58,149 bases of DNA from an uncultured Campylobacteraceae bacterium (GTDB lineage: Bacteria; Campylobacterota; Campylobacteria; Campylobacterales; Arcobacteraceae). The notes beneath the pieces are model-generated. The model saw nothing but the letters and a program-made list of their open reading frames with translations. It did not search any database and was not told the DNA's origin. The stretch is from assembly GCA_913057765.1 (NCBI GenBank), contig CAJXPH010000001.1:1-58149 (forward strand), given 5' to 3'. Position numbers and translations under genes: made by a program. This document shows, in pieces, positions 1 through 8,592 of this stretch (position 1 is the stretch's first letter; the number at the start of each line of letters is the position of its first letter).

Positions 1-49
1 ACGAGATCCTCTCTGGTCTCGTGGGCTCGGAGATGTGTATAAGAGACAG
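1..49 (+). other. Illumina Nextera i7-side adapter remnant (sequencing artefact)
   Basis: ACGAGAT + 8-nt index CCTCTCTG + GTCTCGTGGGCTCGG + mosaic end AGATGTGTATAAGAGACAG. Confidence 0.98.
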
Positions 50-97
50 TATATACATTAAACATATTAAATATACAATTATTTAGTATTTGTATAT

Positions 98-114
98 TGG
101 ATATATTTTATACA
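98..114. promoter_or_regulatory. TGTATA-N5-TATACA-type palindromic box upstream of narK
   Basis: TGGATA-TATTT-TATACA (11/12 match); 31 nt before -10 TATACT (146-151), 65 nt before ATG at 180. Confidence 0.7.
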
Positions 115-179
115 CAAGAATATACATTTTTTACTTTTTTCCATATATACTTTCACAAATTAGAAAAAGAAGGATTATT

Positions 180-1460
180 ATGGCGGGATTGAAAGACTTA
201 AAAGGACAAGGACACGGAACAACATTGTTCATGGCTTTTTTATATTTTGATATGAGTTTTATGGTATGGACAATGTTAGGACCACTTAGTACAGAGATTG
301 CTGAAGCATTAGCCTTAAGTGGTCATTTTATGACAGCAAGTGAAAAAGCTACATTATTATCACTTCCTATTCTATCTGGTGCTATATTAAGAATTGTACT
401 AGGGTTTGGAGTTGATAAACTTGGTGCAAAAAAGACTGCACTTATTTCTCAAGCTATTGTAATCGCCGCGCTCTTAACAGCATATTTACAAGGTGATAGT
501 ATTACTTACAATCAATTATTAATCGTTGCACTTGGTCTTGGTTTTGCAGGTGCTTCATTTGCAGTTGCACTTCCTCAAGCTGGACAATGGTATCCACCAA
601 AACTTCAAGGTGTTGTTTTAGGTATTGCAGGTGCTGGGAATATTGGTGTTGTAATTGACTTCTTATTTGCTCCAAAAATTGCAGAACTTTGGGGATGGGC
701 TTCAGTATTTGGAGTTGGAGCGGCAATGGCAATTGTTGTATTTGTTGCTTATTTATTCTTAGCAAAAGATGCTCCAGAATCAGTATATAAAGCTAATCCA
801 AAAAAACTAAAAGATTATGGAAAACTATTAAAAGATAAAGATACATGGTGGTTCTCATTATTCTATGCAGTTTCATTTGGTGGTTTTGTTGGATTTGCAG
901 GATATATGAAAGTTTATTTAATGAATACATATCAAGTAGATATGGCAGCATTTGGTATTGATGTATTAGATGAAGGAAACGTAAAAGTAATTGCTGGTTA
1001 TTTTGGTGCTTTATGTATCTTTGCTGGAGCAGTATTAAGACCAGTTGGAGGAAATATTGCAGATAAAATTGGTGGAATTAGATCTTTATACTTTTTCTAC
1101 GGAGTTGTAGCATTACTTGTAATTGTAAGTGCAACAGTTAAATTACCTTTTGCAATGGCAATCTTAGTTTTATTCTTAATTATGGCAAATCTAGGAATGG
1201 CAAATGGAGCAGTATTCCAATTAGTACCACAAAGATTTGGTAAAGATATTGGTATAATGACAGGAATTGTTGGATGTGCAGGAGGACTTGGAGGAACAGC
1301 TTTAATCAAAACTCTAGGTTGGTCAAAAGGTGCATTTGATGGGTATACAACTGGTTTCCTAATTTTTGCATGTGTAGTTATACTTGCAATTTCAGGAATT
1401 AGTTTAGTAAAAACTAGATGGAGAACAACTTGGGGTGTTCAAGCTGGTGGTAGAATCTAA
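180..1460 (+). CDS. narK: NarK/NasA-family nitrate/nitrite MFS transporter
   Basis: Multi-TM MFS with nitrate-signature Gly-rich motifs (GFAGASFA..WYP, GMANGAVFQLVP) and conserved Arg in LRI/LRP. Start moved from 90 to ATG 180 after AAGGA RBS. Confidence 0.9.
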   Translation: MAGLKDLKGQGHGTTLFMAFLYFDMSFMVWTMLGPLSTEIAEALALSGHFMTASEKATLLSLPILSGAILRIVLGFGVDKLGAKKTALISQAIVIAALLTAYLQGDSITYNQLLIVALGLGFAGASFAVALPQAGQWYPPKLQGVVLGIAGAGNIGVVIDFLFAPKIAELWGWASVFGVGAAMAIVVFVAYLFLAKDAPESVYKANPKKLKDYGKLLKDKDTWWFSLFYAVSFGGFVGFAGYMKVYLMNTYQVDMAAFGIDVLDEGNVKVIAGYFGALCIFAGAVLRPVGGNIADKIGGIRSLYFFYGVVALLVIVSATVKLPFAMAILVLFLIMANLGMANGAVFQLVPQRFGKDIGIMTGIVGCAGGLGGTALIKTLGWSKGAFDGYTTGFLIFACVVILAISGISLVKTRWRTTWGVQAGGRI

Positions 1461-1470
1461 AAAGTTTATA

Positions 1471-1500
1471 AAAAGAGCTCTTAATGAAAGAGTCTCTTTT
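1471..1500 (+). terminator. Probable intrinsic terminator after narK
   Basis: AAAAGAGCTCTT-aatga-AAGAGTCTCTTTT imperfect hairpin followed by T-rich sequence. Confidence 0.55.
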
Positions 1501-1570
1501 TATATTTAAATTAAGGGTTCAATGAAATTTTAATTTAGATATATCTATACATAATAGAAGGATTATTAGT

Positions 1571-3196
1571 TTGAGTAAAAGTAATATTAGAGCAACGGGA
1601 TTTGTATTAGCAAAAAGAGCTGAACTAACAGGTGATGACTTTTATGATATTAAAGTATCAGAAAATATAACTGTTGCCGTACTTTGCGATGGTGTTGGCT
1701 CCGCACAAGCTGGGGCAGAAGCTGCAAAAAGAGTTACTACTCATTTAATTAATAACTTTAAAAATAGACCTGTTGCTTGGAGTATCGAAAAATCTATTAA
1801 AACTTTTATCAAATCTATCAACTCAATTCTATATAAAGAATCAATTGATCAATACGAAAGACCAGAGCTTGTAACAACTTTAACAATTGTAGTAATCGAT
1901 GAAAATAGACTATATGGCGCAAATGTTGGAGATAGTCGTATATATATAAAAAGAGATGAAGAGCTAAAACAACTATCATTTGACCATAATGAAGAAGGTA
2001 TGGAAAGTGTTCTATCAAATGCCATAGGAATAAATGATGATGTAGAAATTTTCTATTTTGAAAATAATATACAAAAAGATGACTCTATTCTTTTATGTAG
2101 TGATGGGTTATATTCTCTCATGAGTAATGATATGTTATCACAACATATGAGAAATGGAGCAACTCCTCTTGTAAAAAAAGCTAGTAAACTAATGGAAGAT
2201 AATCTTCCAGATGATACATCTGCTATTGTGATTGATATTCTTGATATTGATGAAGTATCAAAACTAAAACAACTCTCTTTAGATATTCCAGAAAAGTTAA
2301 AAAAGGGTGATGAAATTGATGGATATAGACTTAAATTATCATTAATTCAAAATAATAGAACTTGGATTTGTGAAAAAAAAGGCATTGAATATGTTATCAA
2401 ATTTGCTCCTACTGAAGCAATCGATAATCCAGATATTTTAGATTTATATGTAAAAGAAGTTTGGAATGCTAAAAGGTTAAAAGCAGGTTTCTTTCCAAAA
2501 AGTGTTGTTCCTAAAAATAGGACTGCACGATATTACCTCATGACAAAACTTGATGGTATTACTCTAAAACAATATCTCAAAAAAAGACATTTATCAATTG
2601 ATGAATCAATAGTTTTAGCAAAAACATTACTTAGTATGAGCCAGTATCTATTAAAATATGATTTAGTACATGGAGATATAAAACCTGAAAATATTATTGT
2701 GATAGAACGTGATGGAAAAAGAATTTTTAAAATCATTGATTTTGGTTCTATTACAGAAGTTTACTCTATAAATAACAAAGCTGGAACCCCATCATATTTA
2801 GCACCAGAGAGATTTAAAGATGCCTTTATTAATGAGAAAACAGAAATATTTTCTATAGGAGTTACTCTATACGAAAGTTTAACAGGAAAATTTCCTTACG
2901 GGGAGATTGAACCATTTCAGAATCCTACATTTAAAAAAGCAAAACTGCCAAGAAATTACAACAACAATATTCCTAACTGGTTAGAAAGTATAGTCTTAAG
3001 AGCTATTAGTGCAGATGAAAACTTACGATATGAAAATTATACTTTGATGAACTACGAAGTTGAAAACCCAAATAAAGTAAAACCATTTTTTAATAAAAAT
3101 ACTCCTTTATTACAAAGAGATCCTTTGAAGTTTTATAAATTTGGTTTTTATTTTCTTTTAATACTTAACTTTATTATGTGGATAAAAACTTCATAA
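1571..3196 (+). CDS. Bifunctional PP2C phosphatase / Hanks-type Ser/Thr kinase with C-terminal membrane anchor
   Basis: PP2C motifs CDGVG, NVGDSR, CSDG, DDTS; kinase motifs HGDIKPEN, DFG, GTPSYLAPE; hydrophobic C-terminus; TTG start after AAGGA. Confidence 0.9.
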   Translation: MSKSNIRATGFVLAKRAELTGDDFYDIKVSENITVAVLCDGVGSAQAGAEAAKRVTTHLINNFKNRPVAWSIEKSIKTFIKSINSILYKESIDQYERPELVTTLTIVVIDENRLYGANVGDSRIYIKRDEELKQLSFDHNEEGMESVLSNAIGINDDVEIFYFENNIQKDDSILLCSDGLYSLMSNDMLSQHMRNGATPLVKKASKLMEDNLPDDTSAIVIDILDIDEVSKLKQLSLDIPEKLKKGDEIDGYRLKLSLIQNNRTWICEKKGIEYVIKFAPTEAIDNPDILDLYVKEVWNAKRLKAGFFPKSVVPKNRTARYYLMTKLDGITLKQYLKKRHLSIDESIVLAKTLLSMSQYLLKYDLVHGDIKPENIIVIERDGKRIFKIIDFGSITEVYSINNKAGTPSYLAPERFKDAFINEKTEIFSIGVTLYESLTGKFPYGEIEPFQNPTFKKAKLPRNYNNNIPNWLESIVLRAISADENLRYENYTLMNYEVENPNKVKPFFNKNTPLLQRDPLKFYKFGFYFLLILNFIMWIKTS

Positions 3197-3197
3197 T

Positions 3198-3214
3198 TGT
3201 TTATCTTTTAGACA
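3198..3214. promoter_or_regulatory. TGTATA-N5-TATACA-type box upstream of first nitrate reductase gene
   Basis: TGTTTA-TCTTT-TAGACA (10/12); 30 nt before -10 TATAAT (3245-3250), 66 nt before ATG. Confidence 0.65.
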
Positions 3215-3280
3215 ATTAATTCTTAACTTTACATTAATTTTATATATAATGACTCCTATAAATATATATAGGATTCTTTA

Positions 3281-5275
3281 ATGATAAAGTCAGTTTGTGG
3301 ATATTGTGGTGTTGGTTGTGGATTAGAATTTGAGGAAGATAAACTAAGAGGAGATGTAGTTTATCCAATAAATGAAGGAAAAGTTTGTTCAAAAGGAGTT
3401 TCTGAGCTTCTAAGTATTCAAACTCCTACAAGATTATTACGTCCGCATATAAGAGAATCACTTCATGACGAACTTAAAATCACTTCTTGGGATAATGCAA
3501 TAGATGTAATAGCCAAAAAAATCAAAACTACAAACAGTGATAAAATTGGATTCTATTTATCAGGACAACTATTAACTGAAGATTATTATATAGCAAATAA
3601 ATTAGTAAAAGGATTTTTAGGCACAAATAATGTAGATACAAATAGTAGAACATGTATGTCAAGTGCTGTTGTTGCCCATAAAAAAGCCTTTGGAATAGAT
3701 TTTGTTCCAGTTAGAATGGAAGATATATTTAAAGCGAACCTTCTAATTTTAGCTGGTGCAAATACTGCTGAAGCTCATGTTGTTTTTCACAATAATATCA
3801 AAAAAGCTAAGAAAAAAGGTCTAAAGATAATTGTTCTTGACCCAAGACTTACAGATACAGCAAAGATTGCAGATTTATATCTTCCTTTAAAAGTTGGAAG
3901 TGATATAGATTTTTTTAATCTAGTGTCAAAAAGAATTATAGAAGAAAATTTAGTTGATGAAAAATTTATTGAAGAAAATGTAAATAACTATGAACTTCTA
4001 AGGAATAAATTTAAAAGAGTTCCTGCAACTAAAATGCTTAAAAGAACAGGTCTTTCAAAAGAGCAATTTGAAGAGTTTTGGGAGATATATAAAGATAGTG
4101 AAAATATAATCTCAGCATGGACAATGGGACTAAACCAATCAGTTCAAGGAGTAGATAAAAATTTAGCTTTAATAAACACACATCTTCTTAGTGGAAAGAT
4201 TTATAAAGAAGGAAACGGTCCCTTTTCACTTACAGGACAACCTAATGCTATGGGAGGAAGAGAAGTTGGTGGCCTTTCAACTATGCTTGCCGTGCATATG
4301 GGTTTTGAAAAAGAATCTATAAAAAAAGTTTCACAATTTTGGGATACTAATAAAATAGATAATAAGCCAGGGCTTACTGCAACACAAATGCTAAGTGCAA
4401 AACTTGACGTCCTTGTTATTTGCCATACAGACCCTGTTTATCATCTTCCAAATAGAAATAAAGTAGAAAGGTTGATCAAAAAGATACCTACAGTAATAGA
4501 AATAAATGCATATGATAATTCTGAAACATCCAATTTCGCACATATTAAACTTCCAGCTGCTCCTTGGGGAGAGAAAGAAGGAACACAAACAAACTTAGAT
4601 AGAACAATTACAAAACAAGAGAAATTAACAAGAACATCTATTGACTGTAAACCTGATTGGGAGATTTTTCAACTCATAGCACAAAAACTTGGATTCAAAG
4701 ATGCCTTTAATTTTGAATCATCCAAAGAGATTTTTCAAGAGTACCAAGAGATGACAAAACTCTCAAGTCATATGGATATGCATAAAGCAAATTATGATGA
4801 CTTATCAAATGAACCATTTGTTTGGGGGAAAGATATTGTTTCAAAAAAAGAATTTTTCACAAAAAATAAAAAAGCTAATCTTCATTTTGTACAAAATAAA
4901 CTAATGAGTGAGAAAACAAGTTTAAAATATCCGCTTATATTAGTAACCGGAAGAACCAGAGACCAATGGCATAGTGGAACAAAAACTAATCTTCCAAAAA
5001 CCTTACTAAAATTTAAAGATTTAGATTTTTGTGAAATCAATCCAACTAATGCAAAAAAATTAGCACTTGAAAACGATGAAATCATAAAAGTAATCTCAAT
5101 TAGAGGAGAAATCAAATCAAAAGTTCTCATTACTGAAAATATTAGAGAAGACACAATTTTCATTCCGGTAAGTAATAGGGACGTCAATTATCTAACAAAT
5201 GATTTACTTGATAAAGATTCATTACAACCAGATTATAATCATAGTGCGGTAAGAATAGAAAAAATCAATTCTTAA
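3281..5275 (+). CDS. nasA: Assimilatory nitrate reductase catalytic subunit (NasA/NarB-like Mo-bisPGD enzyme), copy 1
   Basis: CGYCGVGC..C Fe-S motif, SGQLLTEDYY, DTNSRTCMSSA (Mo-ligand Cys), GQPNAMGGRE, TGR..QWH; no Tat signal. Confidence 0.8.
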   Translation: MIKSVCGYCGVGCGLEFEEDKLRGDVVYPINEGKVCSKGVSELLSIQTPTRLLRPHIRESLHDELKITSWDNAIDVIAKKIKTTNSDKIGFYLSGQLLTEDYYIANKLVKGFLGTNNVDTNSRTCMSSAVVAHKKAFGIDFVPVRMEDIFKANLLILAGANTAEAHVVFHNNIKKAKKKGLKIIVLDPRLTDTAKIADLYLPLKVGSDIDFFNLVSKRIIEENLVDEKFIEENVNNYELLRNKFKRVPATKMLKRTGLSKEQFEEFWEIYKDSENIISAWTMGLNQSVQGVDKNLALINTHLLSGKIYKEGNGPFSLTGQPNAMGGREVGGLSTMLAVHMGFEKESIKKVSQFWDTNKIDNKPGLTATQMLSAKLDVLVICHTDPVYHLPNRNKVERLIKKIPTVIEINAYDNSETSNFAHIKLPAAPWGEKEGTQTNLDRTITKQEKLTRTSIDCKPDWEIFQLIAQKLGFKDAFNFESSKEIFQEYQEMTKLSSHMDMHKANYDDLSNEPFVWGKDIVSKKEFFTKNKKANLHFVQNKLMSEKTSLKYPLILVTGRTRDQWHSGTKTNLPKTLLKFKDLDFCEINPTNAKKLALENDEIIKVISIRGEIKSKVLITENIREDTIFIPVSNRDVNYLTNDLLDKDSLQPDYNHSAVRIEKINS

Positions 5276-5318
5276 TTTTACATAAAACTCTATATCATAT
5301 ATTTATTAATCTACAAAT

Positions 5319-5335
5319 TGTATATTTTTTATATA
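5319..5335. promoter_or_regulatory. TGTATA-N5-TATACA-type box upstream of nirA
   Basis: TGTATA-TTTTT-TATATA (11/12); 31 nt before -10 TAAAAT (5367-5372, preceded by TGn), 66 nt before ATG. Confidence 0.7.
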
Positions 5336-5401
5336 GTTTAACTTTAATTCTACATTAAATTATTGATAAAATACTCCTTATAAAATCACTTGGAGTAGAA
5401 C

Positions 5402-6997
5402 ATGAATCTTATAGAAGGTACTTTCAATTTAAGAAATAAAAAAATCAATAAAATAGAGAAACTAAAAGCAAAAAGATCAGCTCTAGATTTTTTTAATCAC
5501 TTTGAAGAAATCTGTAAAGGAACATACGAAGACCAAATAGGTGAAGCTGAAACCAAACATTTATTAAAATGTTTTGGTATTTATGACAAAGGAAATTCTG
5601 ATAATTTTACAATCAGATTAAGAATTACTGGAGGTCAATTAAATATAGACCAAGCAGTTAAAATATCTCAAGTTGCAAAAAAATATGCTAATGATTATAT
5701 AGATATTACAACACGTGCTCAAATAGAACTTAGATACTTAAATTTTCATGAATTACCGGCTATTTTAAAAGAGTTAGAAGAATCAAAAATTACAACTTTT
5801 CAAACTGCAGGTGATAATTTTAGAGGAGTTGTAACATCTGCATTAGATGGATTTTCAAAAACTTCTAAAATAGATACTATGCCAATACTAAAAGAAATAC
5901 AAGAAGTTTTTTTAAACAAAGAAGAATATTTAGGAACACTTCCAAGAAAGTTTAATGTCTCTATTTTAGGAGATGAAATAAATACATGTAATGTATTTGG
6001 AAATGACTGTGGTTTTGCATTAGCAAAAAAAGACGATACCTATGGATTTAACCTTTACCTTGGTGGAAAAGTTGGAGTTCAAGCAAAAGATTTGAACCTT
6101 TTTATTAAACCAGAACAAGTAAAAACTGTATTTAAAACTATTGTAGACATTTTTAAAGAGTATGGATTTAAAGATAATAGAAATAAAAATAGACTTATCT
6201 TTCTTCTTGATGCAGTGGGTGTTGAAGAATTTGCAAATGAAATAAAAATAAAATCAGAACTTCATTTACCCGAAGCTGGAGTATTACAAGTTAGAAAAGA
6301 ATTCAAACTTGATAATAATTCTACTATTAAATTAAAAGATGATTTCACTGCTGTACATGTTGGTATTCCCTCAGGAATATTTTCAGGTACAGATTTGGAA
6401 AAAATTGCAAATACTGCAAGATTAACTGACTCAAAAATCAGACTAACATATGAACAAAGTTTTTATTTAATCACAAAAGATGAAAATATAAATCTAATAA
6501 AACAATCATCAATCTATAATAAATATTCAACTTTTCACAATGTTTATTTTAACAACCTAATTGCATGTTCAGGAAGAGATGTTTGTTCTTTTGGAACAAT
6601 TGATAATAAACCTGATGCAATTGAAATGGCAAACTTTTTACAAAATGAAGTTCCATTAGAAAATGCGAAAGTAAGAATGTATTGGTCAGCATGTCCAAAA
6701 GGATGCGGTATTCATGGTGTTGCAGACATTGGGTTTGAAGGTGCAAAAGCAAAAGATAAAGAAGGTAAAACTTGTGATGGTGTAAAAATATTCATAGGTG
6801 GGAAAGCTTCAACTTCTATTTTGGAAGCTAGAGTTTTATACAAAGTAACTCCGCTTAAAACTGCACAAAAAATAGTAAAAGAACTACTAACAATATACAA
6901 AGAAGAAAGACTTGAAGAAGAAACTTTTGAAAGTTTTGACTCAAGGGTTTTATCACAACTTACAATAGAACAGATTCAAGAAAAGATAGGATACTAA
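5402..6997 (+). CDS. nirA: Ferredoxin-nitrite reductase (siroheme/[4Fe-4S])
   Basis: DITTRAQIELR, LPRKFN, ACSGRDVC and SACPKGCG siroheme/Fe-S cysteines; nitrate cluster context. Confidence 0.82.
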   Translation: MNLIEGTFNLRNKKINKIEKLKAKRSALDFFNHFEEICKGTYEDQIGEAETKHLLKCFGIYDKGNSDNFTIRLRITGGQLNIDQAVKISQVAKKYANDYIDITTRAQIELRYLNFHELPAILKELEESKITTFQTAGDNFRGVVTSALDGFSKTSKIDTMPILKEIQEVFLNKEEYLGTLPRKFNVSILGDEINTCNVFGNDCGFALAKKDDTYGFNLYLGGKVGVQAKDLNLFIKPEQVKTVFKTIVDIFKEYGFKDNRNKNRLIFLLDAVGVEEFANEIKIKSELHLPEAGVLQVRKEFKLDNNSTIKLKDDFTAVHVGIPSGIFSGTDLEKIANTARLTDSKIRLTYEQSFYLITKDENINLIKQSSIYNKYSTFHNVYFNNLIACSGRDVCSFGTIDNKPDAIEMANFLQNEVPLENAKVRMYWSACPKGCGIHGVADIGFEGAKAKDKEGKTCDGVKIFIGGKASTSILEARVLYKVTPLKTAQKIVKELLTIYKEERLEEETFESFDSRVLSQLTIEQIQEKIGY

Positions 6998-6999
6998 AA

Positions 7000-8592
7000 A
7001 TGAGTATAAATGAAGAAACACCATTAGAAAGTTTTTTAAATCATAAAGCCGACACAGGTATGCAATGTGGTAACTATAATATTGATATTCCAAAGCCAAA
7101 AGAAGGTGAACAATATAGATTTCACTTCGATGCAACAGCCTGTGTAGGATGTCACTGTTGTGAAGTAGCTTGTAATGAACAAAACAATAATCCTTCAGAT
7201 ACAAAATGGAGAAGAGTTGGTGAAACTCAAAGTGGTATCTTTCCAAATGTTTCAAATCACTTTAACTCTATGTCTTGTAATCACTGTATTGATCCAGAAT
7301 GTTTAAAAGGTTGTCCGACAGAATCATATATAAAATTTGATAATGGAATAGTTTTTCATGATGATGATACTTGTATTGGATGTCAATACTGTACTTGGAA
7401 TTGTCCTTATGAGGTTCCAACATTTAATGCTGACCGTGGAATAGTTACAAAATGTCATATGTGTCATGATAAATTGGATATTGGTCAAACACCTGCATGT
7501 GTACAAGCTTGTCCCGCAGGAGCAATTGAAATTGAAGTTGTAAATACTCAAGAATGGTTAAATGAAGGATTAGAAAAAGAAGGTATTGCACCTCATCTTC
7601 CTGATACAGAAATCACTAAACCAACCACTAGATATACAATTGATGAAGAGAAAGAAAAAGTAATTCCAGCTGATGCACATATTGTAAAACCAAATCATTC
7701 AGAATGGCCTTTAGTATTTATGACAGTTTTAACACAAATCTCTGTTGGTGGATTTACTGCCCTAGTTGCAGGTGAATTTGCAAACTTACTTGGATTTAAA
7801 CTAGCAATGCCAAATATCTGGATGCTTCTTGCAATCTTTATTCCAGCAGCTATTGGCTTACCCCTTTCTGCACTACATTTAGGTCGTCCAATATTAGCTT
7901 ATACTGCTATGAAAAATATCAAGACTTCATGGTTAAGTAGAGAGGCATTAGCTCTTGGACTATACGCAGGAGGATTAACACTTCTTCTTCCTATTTTCTT
8001 TTTTGAATTTAATCAAGTATTTAGATTTATAATTGAAGTAGCTGTTTTAGCAATTGGACTTTTTGGAATCTATGCACAATCTATGATTTATAGAATAAAA
8101 GCAAGACCATCTTGGAATAAAAAAGAGACAACAAATATATTCTTCAATGTTTCATATATTGGAATTTTATTAATAGGATTTATTTTAGTATTAAATGGTC
8201 ACTATTCAAGTGCAAGTGTTGTTATACCTATTGCACTTTTTATCTCTTTCTTCCAATACAAAGAGTTTACTAATCAAAACGATTTTTATAAATATCTAGA
8301 TGAAGATAATAAACACTTCTATCAATTAAATAAGACTAAAACTTTATATGAAGAGCATTTTAAAAAATACAATGAATATAGAGAAATGTCTTTATATATT
8401 GGAGCACTAGCCTTACCACTATTTGCTATGTTACTTTTAGCAGCTGGCAATTATCCAGATACAGTATTTGTATTAGGTCTTGCAATTGTTGTTTCATTTT
8501 CTAGTGAGATTATTTCAAGACTTCTATTTTATAAAACTGCAGTTGCACAAGGACTAGCAGGTAACTTTTTTGCGGGGAATCAAAGATCATGA
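7000..8592 (+). CDS. DmsB-like 4x[4Fe-4S] ferredoxin fused to DmsC-like membrane anchor
   Basis: CVGCHCCEVAC, CNHCIDPECLKGCP, CIGCQYCTWNCP, KCHMC..PACVQACP, then EWPLVFMTVLTQ, HLGRP, SWLSRE and several TM helices. Confidence 0.88.
   Translation: MSINEETPLESFLNHKADTGMQCGNYNIDIPKPKEGEQYRFHFDATACVGCHCCEVACNEQNNNPSDTKWRRVGETQSGIFPNVSNHFNSMSCNHCIDPECLKGCPTESYIKFDNGIVFHDDDTCIGCQYCTWNCPYEVPTFNADRGIVTKCHMCHDKLDIGQTPACVQACPAGAIEIEVVNTQEWLNEGLEKEGIAPHLPDTEITKPTTRYTIDEEKEKVIPADAHIVKPNHSEWPLVFMTVLTQISVGGFTALVAGEFANLLGFKLAMPNIWMLLAIFIPAAIGLPLSALHLGRPILAYTAMKNIKTSWLSREALALGLYAGGLTLLLPIFFFEFNQVFRFIIEVAVLAIGLFGIYAQSMIYRIKARPSWNKKETTNIFFNVSYIGILLIGFILVLNGHYSSASVVIPIALFISFFQYKEFTNQNDFYKYLDEDNKHFYQLNKTKTLYEEHFKKYNEYREMSLYIGALALPLFAMLLLAAGNYPDTVFVLGLAIVVSFSSEIISRLLFYKTAVAQGLAGNFFAGNQRS

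Noticed and set aside
90-179. 30-aa N-terminal extension of NarK in the ORF track
   Set aside because: It covers the promoter; the RBS supports ATG 180. Similar over-extensions were trimmed for the MazG-like gene, urtA, urtD, gntR, oadG and mobB
1535-1551. Box-like TAGATA-TATC-TATACA upstream of the PP2C-kinase gene
   Set aside because: Spacer is 4 nt rather than 5 and it lies too close to the start codon
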